A model generated the notes under the pieces. It made no database searches, was not told the origin of the DNA, and saw only the letters and a list, made by a program, of their open reading frames with translations. Below, piece after piece: positions 15,458 through 23,597 of a stretch of DNA of 64,000 nt. Both the position numbers and the translations under genes were made by a program. The DNA is taken from assembly GCA_036004845.1 (NCBI GenBank), contig DASYRA010000026.1:4477-68476 (forward strand). The letters run 5' to 3'. The number at the start of each line of letters is the position of its first letter. Position 1 is the first letter of the stretch. The stretch is from Candidatus Limnocylindria bacterium (GTDB taxonomy: Bacteria > Chloroflexota > Limnocylindria > QHBO01).

Positions 15458-18400
15458 GTGGCGCAGACAGCTCGCGACCATGCGGAGGGCCGGGAGGCCC
15501 TGGTCAGCGTTGCCCAGGCGGCTGCCCTCCTGGGTGTCCACCCCAACACCCTTCGCGCCTGGACGGACGCCGGCAGGCTGCCGGCGTATCGGATCAACGC
15601 TCGCGGCGACCGACGCTATCGCAGCGGCGACGTGCAGCGGCTCCTCGCCGAAGGCACTGGCTCTCCTGCGCCCCCGGCACCCGAACGCCGGATCGACGCC
15701 GAGCTCGCCGTCCTGGGCCGGCTCACCGCGGGGCCTGGAGGCTCGGCGAACGCCACCGCCGTGTGTCGAACCGCCGTAGAGGCTCTCCGTGCCCACCTGC
15801 GCATCGCACGGGTCGCGGCCTACCTCGCGCGCGAGGGCGGCGACGGCTCCCTCCAGCTCGAGACGCATGCGGGATACGAGACCGCGCCGCCGGAGACGAT
15901 CGATCCCGCCCGCAGCTTCGACCACGGTGAGGATGGGAGCCTGGTCGCGGACATCGTCGTCGGCCCGCTGCGTCGCCAGGTCGCCCTGCGCGCGGGTGGT
16001 GGTGGCGAGATCGTGGGAGCACTCGTGCTCGAGGACGATCCGGGCGGGCCGCTGGTGGGCGTCGCGCTCGGCTTTCTGCGAACGGTGGCCACGGCGGTCG
16101 CGGCCAACGTCTTCACCGCGCGGGCGCTGGCTCGCGCCAAGCGCGAGGTGACGCGGTCTCGAGTCCTGCGCCACGTCGCGCAGGAGCTCGCCGGTCAGCT
16201 CGACCTGAGCACGGTGCTCGACGACATCGTCGAGCGAACTCGAACCCTGTTCGACGCCGACAAGGCCGGCCTGTGGCTGATCGAGGAGGGTGAGCGCCCG
16301 TTCCACGTCGCGGCCGTGCGCGGCATCGGCGAGCGCTTCCTGGCCAAGACGCGGGAGCTGACCTGGGACAGCACCGCGGTCGGCGTCCAGGCCGCCAAGG
16401 AGCGCCGCAGCATCGTGGTTCGCAACGCCGACACGCGAGCCGGCGTCGGGGAGATGCAGCAGCACTACCGCGATGAGGGGATCAAGACCTCGTGCCTCGT
16501 GCCGCTGGTGAACCACGACCAGGCGCTGGGCCTCATCGGCCTGTTTCACACACGCGATCGGGAGTGGCCGGACGACGAGCTCGCCCTGGCCCAGGGGTTT
16601 GCCAACCAGGCCGCCGTCGCGATCAGCAACGCTCGCCTCTACCGCTCGGTGGCGGACCAGGCCGCTCGCATCCGGTCGATCCAGGATCTGTCGTCCAGGC
16701 TCAACCGACTGACCGACGTCCAGGCGATCGCCGACGCCATCGTGGCCGAGGCGAGCACGCTGGCGGCCTATCACGACATCCGGGTCTACGTGGTGAACTG
16801 GGACGAGGGCCTGTGCGAGCCGGTCGCGTACACCGACCGGCTGCTGGGCAAGGGCGACTTCCACGAGCGCCTGCGCGTCGCCATCGGCGAGGGGTCATTC
16901 ACCGGCTGGGTCGCGGAGCACGGCGAGCCGCTGCTCATCAACGACGCGCTGAACGACACGCGCGGGCACACCATCGAGGGGACCGACGACATCGACGAGT
17001 CGATGCTGGTGGTGCCGATGCTGTTCGAGGGGCGTGCCGTCGGCGTGGTCGCCCTATCGAAGCTGGGCCGCGACCAGTTCAGCAACGACGACCTGCAGAC
17101 GATGACGATCTTCGCCGGCTACGCCGCCCAGGCGATCGCGAATGCATCGGCCTATGAGCGGATGGAGCTGCAATCGACGGAGCTTGCTCGCCAGCTCCAG
17201 TCCCAGCGTCGCCTGCTAGAGATCAACGAACGACTGCAGTCGACCCTCGACCAGCAACACGTGCTGGAGACGATCGCCGACGGCCTGCGCTCGGTGGTCC
17301 ATTACGACAACCTGTCGATCTATCGCGCCGACCACCAGAATCAGGTCATGGTGCCGGTCCTCACCAGGGAGCGGCACGCCGAGCAGGTGATGGCCTATCT
17401 CGCGCCGTTCAGCCGGGGCCTGATGGGGTGGGCCGTCGAACATGCGGAGTCGGTCCTGGCCAACGACGCGCTGAACGACCCGCGGGCGGTGCAGATCCCC
17501 GGCACGCCGGCGGATCCCGAGTCGCTGGCGGTGGTGCCCCTCGTCGGCGGAGGCGAGGTGATCGGCTGCATGAACATCTCCCGCGTCGGCGGGGCCGAGA
17601 ACTACTTCAGCGAGAACGACTTCGAGCTGATCAAGCTCTTCGCTGGCCAGGCATCGATCGCCCTGCGCAACGCCGACACCCACCATGCCGTCAGTCAGCG
17701 AGCCGACACCGATGCCCTCACCGGGCTCGGCAACCATGGATCGTTCCAGCGAACGCTGGGCGAGCTGGCGAACGATTTCGCCGCCGAGGGCGGTAGCGGG
17801 CGGCGCAAGGGGGCGCGAGCCAAGCAGCGCCCCATCTCGCTGCTGATGATGGACCTCGACTCGTTCAAGGGCTACAACGACCGGCTCGGCCATCCAGCCG
17901 GCGACGCGCTGCTGCACGCGGTCGGGACCGGGATCTACGGCGCCGCGCGAACCGACGACCGGGTCTATCGATACGGTGGCGACGAGTTCGCCCTGGTCCT
18001 GCCTGCGGTTGACGGGGATGCTGCTGCCGCGATCGGTGAGCGGGTGCGCGAGGCCGTCTCGCGGCTCACGTCGAACGATGCAACGCCGGTCACGATCTCC
18101 ATCGGCGTCGCAACGCTGCCAGGGGACGCCAACGACAAGAACGGGTTGATCGCCGCCGCGGACATTGCCCTCTACTACGGGAAGCAGTCGGGAGGTGATC
18201 GGGTGATGCGTGCCTCTCACGTCCCCGGCGAGATGCGCGACCTGCGCGACACGCTCGATCAGTCGGCCCGCACGGCGCTGCTCGTCCCGCAGGGCGCCGA
18301 CGGGGAGGGGGCCCGGGGTGCCGTGCGTCGCGGGGCGGTCACACCCATCGTCTCGAATGCGGACGAGGGGGTGATCGAGGCGCTGCTGGCGCTGGCTCGC

Positions 18401-18871
18401 TCCATGGATGTGCGCGATCCCGCCGGGCGTGGGCACGCCGACCGGGTCGCGATCCTGGCCGCCAGGATCGCCAAGCAGCTCGACTGCCATGCCCAGCAGA
18501 CCGCCGACATCGAGCTCGCCGCGCGATTGCACGGGCTCGACCTGGTGGCTGCCACCGAGCTCGAGGCAATCAACTCTCTCCGCCCCGCGGCCGTCCTCGT
18601 CCGCCAGCACCGCGCCGCCATGGACCCGCAGGAAGCCCAGATCGGCTCGCAGATCGTCTCGGTCGCCGATGCCTACGACTCGCTCCTCAGCGGCTCGGAC
18701 GGAAAGCGCCGCGGGCGCGCGGCGGTCCTCACCGCGCTGCGAGCGGCGGTGGGGACCCGCTACCGCGCCGAGGTGGTGGAGGCGCTGGCCACCGTCGTCT
18801 CCGCGCGGACCGTCCGGGGCCAACATCGACGGCGGAGCGACCGGCAGGCTGACGAACGGGGAGCTGCCTGA
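15458..18871 (+). CDS. multidomain signalling protein: excisionase/MerR-type HTH, 4 GAF-like domains, GGDEF diguanylate cyclase, degenerate HD-GYP-like domain
   Basis: HTH: LVSVAQAAALLGVHPNTLRAWTDAGRLPAYRINARGDRRYR. Four GAF-like blocks follow, then RYGGDEFALV with the RTDD I-site 5 residues upstream. The C-terminal GHADRVAILAARIAKQL ... LHGLDLV segment is HD-like with the Asp lost. Start placed at GTG 15458 (GGAG 8 nt upstream); the track start is 15347. Confidence 0.85.
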   Translation: MAQTARDHAEGREALVSVAQAAALLGVHPNTLRAWTDAGRLPAYRINARGDRRYRSGDVQRLLAEGTGSPAPPAPERRIDAELAVLGRLTAGPGGSANATAVCRTAVEALRAHLRIARVAAYLAREGGDGSLQLETHAGYETAPPETIDPARSFDHGEDGSLVADIVVGPLRRQVALRAGGGGEIVGALVLEDDPGGPLVGVALGFLRTVATAVAANVFTARALARAKREVTRSRVLRHVAQELAGQLDLSTVLDDIVERTRTLFDADKAGLWLIEEGERPFHVAAVRGIGERFLAKTRELTWDSTAVGVQAAKERRSIVVRNADTRAGVGEMQQHYRDEGIKTSCLVPLVNHDQALGLIGLFHTRDREWPDDELALAQGFANQAAVAISNARLYRSVADQAARIRSIQDLSSRLNRLTDVQAIADAIVAEASTLAAYHDIRVYVVNWDEGLCEPVAYTDRLLGKGDFHERLRVAIGEGSFTGWVAEHGEPLLINDALNDTRGHTIEGTDDIDESMLVVPMLFEGRAVGVVALSKLGRDQFSNDDLQTMTIFAGYAAQAIANASAYERMELQSTELARQLQSQRRLLEINERLQSTLDQQHVLETIADGLRSVVHYDNLSIYRADHQNQVMVPVLTRERHAEQVMAYLAPFSRGLMGWAVEHAESVLANDALNDPRAVQIPGTPADPESLAVVPLVGGGEVIGCMNISRVGGAENYFSENDFELIKLFAGQASIALRNADTHHAVSQRADTDALTGLGNHGSFQRTLGELANDFAAEGGSGRRKGARAKQRPISLLMMDLDSFKGYNDRLGHPAGDALLHAVGTGIYGAARTDDRVYRYGGDEFALVLPAVDGDAAAAIGERVREAVSRLTSNDATPVTISIGVATLPGDANDKNGLIAAADIALYYGKQSGGDRVMRASHVPGEMRDLRDTLDQSARTALLVPQGADGEGARGAVRRGAVTPIVSNADEGVIEALLALARSMDVRDPAGRGHADRVAILAARIAKQLDCHAQQTADIELAARLHGLDLVAATELEAINSLRPAAVLVRQHRAAMDPQEAQIGSQIVSVADAYDSLLSGSDGKRRGRAAVLTALRAAVGTRYRAEVVEALATVVSARTVRGQHRRRSDRQADERGAA

Positions 18872-18899
18872 TCGACCCCTCCTCGGCCCGGGCGCTATC

Positions 18900-19637
18900 A
18901 TGGCGCCTCCCATGCCGACGACCCGACCGGACGCTGCCCGCCGGCGGCGCGCCATCCAGACGCGGCACGTCACCACGCTGTCTGCCCTCCTCCTGATCGT
19001 CGCCGGTTGCACGTTCGCGTCGCCAACCCCGACGCCGAGCCCGAGCCCCGTCCCAACCCCCGTCGCCACGCCGACGCCGGAGCCGACACCAGAGCCGACC
19101 CCGATCTTCACGAACGTCCCTGATCCGGCGCTGGTGGCCCTGATCCCGACCGAGGCCGCCGGGCAGGTGGTCCAGATCCCGGCGATCACGGAGTTCTCGA
19201 TCACGCCCGGCGACATCGGCGAGGTCTATGGCGAGATCGGCGCGCGCTTTCGCTCGCTCCAGATCGCGTACATCTCGCGCCCTCGCCTCTCGCTCTACGC
19301 CATGCGCATGAATCCGCCGACCGTGACCACGGCGGACCTGAAGCCGTACCTGGCCGCGGCGGCGGAGTACGTCGGGATCGCGGGCCTCCACCCCGAAGCG
19401 TGGAAACTGCAGACGGTCGCCGCCCACGTCGTCTGGGTGCGTCCCGAGGACAACGCGACGCTGCCCGGGACGCGGGTCTACAGCTGGGTGGCCGACGACC
19501 TCGTCTTCCTGATGATCGGCGTCGACGAGGCGCAGAACCTGGCCATGCTGGCCGGCCTCCCCGGCGAGGCACCCCCGACCCCATCCCCGGTGCCCTCGAC
19601 CATTGAAATCCCGAGCGTCGGGCCCTCAGCCTCATGA
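18900..19637 (+). CDS. hypothetical lipoprotein with Pro/Thr-rich linker
   Basis: ATG 18900, in frame within track ORF 18408..19637. LSALLLIVAGCTF lipobox, then a PTPTPSPSPVPTPVATPTPEPTPEPTP linker, then a globular domain of unknown family. Confidence 0.6.
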   Translation: MAPPMPTTRPDAARRRRAIQTRHVTTLSALLLIVAGCTFASPTPTPSPSPVPTPVATPTPEPTPEPTPIFTNVPDPALVALIPTEAAGQVVQIPAITEFSITPGDIGEVYGEIGARFRSLQIAYISRPRLSLYAMRMNPPTVTTADLKPYLAAAAEYVGIAGLHPEAWKLQTVAAHVVWVRPEDNATLPGTRVYSWVADDLVFLMIGVDEAQNLAMLAGLPGEAPPTPSPVPSTIEIPSVGPSAS

Positions 19638-20659
19638 CCGATTGGGGCGATTGGGGCGACGACGCGCGCGAGGATCGCCTCTCCCGCAAGCGAGACCGCC
19701 TGGCCCGCCTCCTCTCGGTCGCCTCGATCCTGTACGCCCGCGGCAGCGGCGAGTCCGGCGTGCCGGTCGCCGAGATCGCCGGGCTGACGGGGATGACGAC
19801 CCGCACCGTCTACCGCGACATCCGCGCGCTGGAGGAGGAGCTGGCGATGCCGATCTTCCAGGCGGGAAAGGGCCGGTACGGGATCGAGAAGAAGTACTTC
19901 CTCCCGCCGCTGCATCTCTCCCTGCCCGAGGCGGTCGTCCTCTTCCTGGCGTCGCGCCTGATCGCCCGCTGGTCGGATGCCTACGACCAGGCGGTGGTCA
20001 GCGCCTTCACCAAGCTCGCCGACCTGCTTCCCCAACCCATCGCGCGGCACGTGGCCGCCACCATGCTGACCGTCGGCCAGGCTGAGCCGAACGACCAGTT
20101 CGTGCGGAACTTCGCCCACGTCGCCCAGGCATGGGCCGATGGGCGGGTCGTGGAGTTCGAGTACGAGCCGGGCGAGGGTGAGCGCCGGAAGGCGCGGGTG
20201 CAGCCGTACTTCCTCGAGCCCGATGCAGCTGGGCGCAGCGTCTACCTGATCGGCTTCGACGAGACCGTCAAGGCGATGCGGACGTACAAGGTGGAGCGGA
20301 TCCGGAGTTCGACGCTGACGGCGGACCGCTACCAGATCCCCGACGACTTCGACCCGGACCGCTGGCTCGCCCACTCGTGGGGCATCTGGTCCTCGGACAC
20401 CACGGCCACCGCCGATGTGCGGCTGCGGTTCGAGGCGTCCGTCGCGCATCGCGTGCGCGAGGCGGTCTGGCACCGCTCGCAGCGTGTCACCGAGCTGCCA
20501 GACGGCCGGGTCGAGCTGACGGTGACCGTCGCCGGCATCGTCGAGATCCGGCCCTGGATCCTCTCCTGGGGCGATGGGGTCGAGGTGCTCGAGCCGCCGG
20601 AGCTGCGGGAGGCGGTGGCCCGCGCCGTGCGTGCGGCCGCGGCACGCTACGAAGCGTGA
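19634..20659 (+). CDS. WYL-domain transcriptional regulator (HTH-WYL-WCX; YafY/PafBC-like)
   Basis: N-terminal HTH (VPVAEIAGLTGMTTRTVYRDIRALEE), a central WYL-type segment (RVQPYFLEPDAAGRSVYLIGFDE ... RTYKVERI), and C-terminal VEVLEPPELR. ATGA overlap with the lipoprotein gene. Confidence 0.85.
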   Translation: MTDWGDWGDDAREDRLSRKRDRLARLLSVASILYARGSGESGVPVAEIAGLTGMTTRTVYRDIRALEEELAMPIFQAGKGRYGIEKKYFLPPLHLSLPEAVVLFLASRLIARWSDAYDQAVVSAFTKLADLLPQPIARHVAATMLTVGQAEPNDQFVRNFAHVAQAWADGRVVEFEYEPGEGERRKARVQPYFLEPDAAGRSVYLIGFDETVKAMRTYKVERIRSSTLTADRYQIPDDFDPDRWLAHSWGIWSSDTTATADVRLRFEASVAHRVREAVWHRSQRVTELPDGRVELTVTVAGIVEIRPWILSWGDGVEVLEPPELREAVARAVRAAAARYEA

Positions 20660-21291
20660 CCTCGCCTCACGTCGAAGCCGAGCTGAAGTACACCACCCTC
20701 GACGAGCGCCCGCTGCAGGAGCTGGAGCGCGCGGAGCGCCTCGGCCCGGCGCATCTCGGCGTCCCCCGGACCGTGGCCGAGCTGGACCGATACCTGGACA
20801 CGACGGGCCTGCGCCTGGCCGCGCTCCGCTGGGCGTGCCGCCTGCGGTCGCGCGAGGGACGGACGGTCGTCTCGCTGAAGGGGCCTGCCGAGCACGCGGC
20901 TGGTGATCGCGTCCATCGGCGGCCCGAGCTTGAGGGACCGGTGGGCAGGGGCCTCGACCCGATCGGCTGGCCACCGTCAGCCGCCCGAGATCGGCTGCTC
21001 GCCATGGCGGGGGGCGCGCCGCTCACCGAGAGATTCCGGCTGGAGCAGGAGCGGATCGAGCGATCCGTGTCGATGGGCGGCCTCCGGGTGGGGACCCTGT
21101 CGCTCGACCGAGTGCGGGTACTGCGCGGCGAGACCGACCTCGGCGGGCTGCTGGTGGTGGAGCTCGAGTTCGACCCGGCCAACCCCGTCGATCATCGGCC
21201 CCTGGCGGCTGCCCTGGGTCGGCTGCCCGGCCTCGCCCCCGATCCGTTGAGCAAGTTCGAGCGCGCGGAGGGGATGCTGGCCGGCGCCTGA
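20656..21291 (+). CDS. CYTH-domain protein (triphosphate tunnel metalloenzyme family)
   Basis: GTG 20656 overlaps the WYL stop (GTGA). The N-terminal VEAELKY is the ExExK signature, followed by alternating charged beta-strand patterns. 211 aa, no CHAD domain. Confidence 0.7.
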   Translation: MTSPHVEAELKYTTLDERPLQELERAERLGPAHLGVPRTVAELDRYLDTTGLRLAALRWACRLRSREGRTVVSLKGPAEHAAGDRVHRRPELEGPVGRGLDPIGWPPSAARDRLLAMAGGAPLTERFRLEQERIERSVSMGGLRVGTLSLDRVRVLRGETDLGGLLVVELEFDPANPVDHRPLAAALGRLPGLAPDPLSKFERAEGMLAGA

Positions 21292-21298
21292 TTCGCGC

Positions 21299-21988
21299 TC
21301 AGTCGCCGAGCGGGAGACGAAGGATCAGCGCCAGCGTCGGGCGTGGGCGTGGCTCGGGCGCCAGCAGCGAGGCGCGCAGCCACGCATCGCCGGCCGGTCC
21401 GGCCCGATGGCGCGCGCTCAGCTGACGCGCCGACAGGCCATCGATCCCCAGCGCCGCCAGGGCTTCCGCCACCAGCGTGCCGTCACCGACGTAGGCGCGT
21501 CCAACGGTGACGCGGTCCCCGGGGGTCAGAATCGCATCGAGCCAGCGGCGCCGAACCCCGAACGACCTCGCGACGACGGGCTGGCCGCCGCTCCACAGCA
21601 GGTCGCCGGCGACGTAGGCCGGGCGGCCGGGGCGCGCCCGTCCCTCGAGCCGGGCGCGTAGCAGCTCCGGATCGGGGCGTCCGGCGTCATCGAGGACGAG
21701 CAGGGTCCCATCGAGCACCACGCCGTCCTCGGCAAGCTGCTCGGGCATCGGCATCAGCTCGGGGAAGGCCGCGAGCGCATCGGCCAGGCCAGCGACCTGG
21801 AGCCGGACGGTGCCGTGCTCGCAGAACGCGATCGCACGGGCGCCGGGCCACCACGGCTCGAAGAGGTAGCCCGGATCGTCAAACGGCGCATCGACGATGG
21901 TCGCCTGCATCGGGGAGATGCGGGATGGCAGGCGTCGCGGCGAGTCGCTGCTGGGCGGAACCGGGAGCGGAAGCTGCTCTGCCGCCAC
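21299..21988 (-). CDS. ATP-dependent DNA-ligase-like nucleotidyltransferase domain protein, catalytic motifs degenerate (probable pseudo-enzyme)
   Basis: PMQATIV...YLFEPWWPGARAIAF...VVLDGTLLVLD...GDLLWSGG...IDGLSARQL...AWLRASL aligns with LigD-type motifs I, III, IIIa, IV and V, but the motif I Lys/Asp, motif III Glu and motif IV/V Lys residues are all replaced. No OB domain. Good GC3 coding signal. 8 nt downstream of Ku. Confidence 0.65.
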   Translation of the reverse strand: MAAEQLPLPVPPSSDSPRRLPSRISPMQATIVDAPFDDPGYLFEPWWPGARAIAFCEHGTVRLQVAGLADALAAFPELMPMPEQLAEDGVVLDGTLLVLDDAGRPDPELLRARLEGRARPGRPAYVAGDLLWSGGQPVVARSFGVRRRWLDAILTPGDRVTVGRAYVGDGTLVAEALAALGIDGLSARQLSARHRAGPAGDAWLRASLLAPEPRPRPTLALILRLPLGD

Positions 21989-21996
21989 GCGAACGG

Positions 21997-22953
21997 CTAG
22001 GCGCTCTTGCGTTGGCGCGGCCGCGCCGCCTCATCGGCGCGCGTGGCCTTCGCTGGCTTCGCGCTCTTCGCGGCCTTCGCGCCGACCTTCGTACCAGCCT
22101 TGACGGTCGCCGGCTTCGCGGCGGCCTTCGCCGCAGGAGCTGCCTTGCCCTTCGCCGATGCACCCAGGCGCCGCGCTTCCCGGGCGCCGGCCACGCTCGC
22201 CTCGAGGGCCGCCATGAGGTCACCGATGCGGGTCGGCTCGACCTTCTGCGCCGGCACCGGAGCCTCGCCGGCGACCTTGGCCTCGATGACGGCCATCAGG
22301 GCCTGGCGGTAGTCGTCGTGGTACTCCTCGGGCTTGAACACCCCGGACATCGAGGCGACCAGCTGCTCGGCCATCTTGCGCTCGGCTGGCTTGACCTCGA
22401 TCTCCTCGTCGGGGATGTCCAGCTCCTCGAGCGGACGGACCTCATCGGGCCAGTGCAGGGTGGTCAGCAGCATCGTCTTCGTGTACGGGTTCAGAGCGGC
22501 GAGCTGCTCACGGTCCTTGAGCACGATCTTGCAGATGGCGGTCTTGCCCTGCTCGGCCAGGACCTGGCGCAGGAGCTCGAAGGCCTTGCGCCCGATCGGG
22601 TCGGGCTCGAGGTAGTAGGCCTGCTTGACGAACTCGACGCCCTGCCCCTCGCGATGCGCGTCGACGAACATCTCGATCTCGATCGCCCGCACCGTCTTCA
22701 GCGGGACCGCCTCGAAGTCCTTGTCGTCGAGGACGACGTAGCGCCCCTTTGCCCACTCGTAGCCGCGCACCGTCTCGGATCGCGGGATGACCTCATCATC
22801 CTCCGGGCAGTAGATCTTCATCTGGATCCGGCTCAGATCCTTCTCGTGGAGGAGGTTGAAGCCGATAGAGCTGCTCTCAGTTGCCAGGTACAGCTTGACC
22901 GGGATCGTCACCAGGCCGAACTGGATCGCGCCGCGCCACATTGAACGTGCCAT
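21997..22953 (-). CDS. ku: Ku protein (non-homologous end joining) with Lys/Ala-rich C-terminal tail
   Basis: MARSMWRGAIQFGLVTIPVKLY is a typical bacterial Ku N-terminus. C-terminal tail: AKGKAAPAAKAAAKPATVKAGTKVGAKAAKSAKPAK. Start trimmed to ATG 22953. Confidence 0.9.
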   Translation of the reverse strand: MARSMWRGAIQFGLVTIPVKLYLATESSSIGFNLLHEKDLSRIQMKIYCPEDDEVIPRSETVRGYEWAKGRYVVLDDKDFEAVPLKTVRAIEIEMFVDAHREGQGVEFVKQAYYLEPDPIGRKAFELLRQVLAEQGKTAICKIVLKDREQLAALNPYTKTMLLTTLHWPDEVRPLEELDIPDEEIEVKPAERKMAEQLVASMSGVFKPEEYHDDYRQALMAVIEAKVAGEAPVPAQKVEPTRIGDLMAALEASVAGAREARRLGASAKGKAAPAAKAAAKPATVKAGTKVGAKAAKSAKPAKATRADEAARPRQRKSA

Positions 22954-22960
22954 GCGCAAG

Positions 22961-22966
22961 ATCGTA
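22961..22966 (-). promoter_or_regulatory. candidate -10 element (TACGAT) 7 nt upstream of the Ku ATG (leaderless geometry)
   Basis: Minus strand reads ccgcTGTACGATcttgcgcATG. Confidence 0.4.
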
Positions 22967-23076
22967 CAGCGGACGGGCAACGAGGCTCAATCCTCGACCG
23001 GATGGTGCAGCCGCGGCAGGACCATCACGCCATTGGCCGCGCATCGGGCGACCACGACACTCGGCGGGTGATGCCC

Positions 23077-23568
23077 TCAGAGGACCTGCGTCCCCTCCGG
23101 CCCCGAGATCGCCACCAGCGCGCTGACCTCCTCGCCGTCCCGCTGTGCGAGCCGGTAGCGGTGCTCGATCCGAGCGGAGCGCGACAGCATGGCGTTGACC
23201 GGACAATAGATCGTCGCCGACAGCTCAACCGCGCGGCGCACCGTCTCGGGCTCGACATCACCCGCCACCTGGTGCTCGACGACGATGCCGGTGTAGACCT
23301 GCGGGTGCTCGTCGCGCTTCTCGCCGGTCACCGCAATGCGATAGCTGCTCGCCGGCTGCCGCTTCTTGCGCAGGATGCTGGCGACGTCCATCGAGGTGCA
23401 GGCGGCCAGGGCGGCCAGGAGCGATTCGGTCGGGCTCGGGCCGCCGCGATGGCCGTCGGCATCGGCGAGGTCGAACGTCATTCCGAAGCCGGTCCCGGTC
23501 AGCACGTCGACGCGTGCTCCCTGCTGCGGATCGTCCACGGTGGCGACCGCGGTGAGCGTGGTGGGCAT
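23077..23568 (-). CDS. OsmC family peroxiredoxin/redox protein
   Basis: 163 aa with the two conserved Cys contexts LAACTSMD and TIYCPV of OsmC/Ohr proteins. Confidence 0.9.
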   Translation of the reverse strand: MPTTLTAVATVDDPQQGARVDVLTGTGFGMTFDLADADGHRGGPSPTESLLAALAACTSMDVASILRKKRQPASSYRIAVTGEKRDEHPQVYTGIVVEHQVAGDVEPETVRRAVELSATIYCPVNAMLSRSARIEHRYRLAQRDGEEVSALVAISGPEGTQVL

Positions 23569-23574
23569 GTCATG

Positions 23575-23583
23575 AGCCTAGCA
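23575..23583 (-). promoter_or_regulatory. candidate extended -10 (TGCTAGGCT) 6 nt upstream of the OsmC ATG (leaderless geometry)
   Basis: Minus strand reads gacTGCTAGGCTcatgacATG. Only 29 nt separate the divergent OsmC and NERD starts. Confidence 0.45.
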
Positions 23584-23597
23584 GTCGGAAGTCACCG

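Noticed and set aside
18990-19090. Pro/Thr/Ser/Glu-rich repetitive DNA (PTPTPSPSPVPTPVATPTPEPTPEPTP), with a similar tract at 30960..31050 in the PASTA kinase tail. Considered as a tandem repeat or CRISPR-like structure.
   Set aside because: These are in-frame low-complexity linker regions of exported proteins. They have no regular repeat/spacer architecture. No CRISPR array exists anywhere in the window.
17216-20974. Minus-strand ORFs of 666 aa (17216..19216) and 498 aa (19478..20974), antisense to the GGDEF, lipoprotein and WYL genes.
   Set aside because: Low-complexity Arg/Gly/Asp-rich translation with no motifs. The sense-strand genes carry unambiguous domain signatures.
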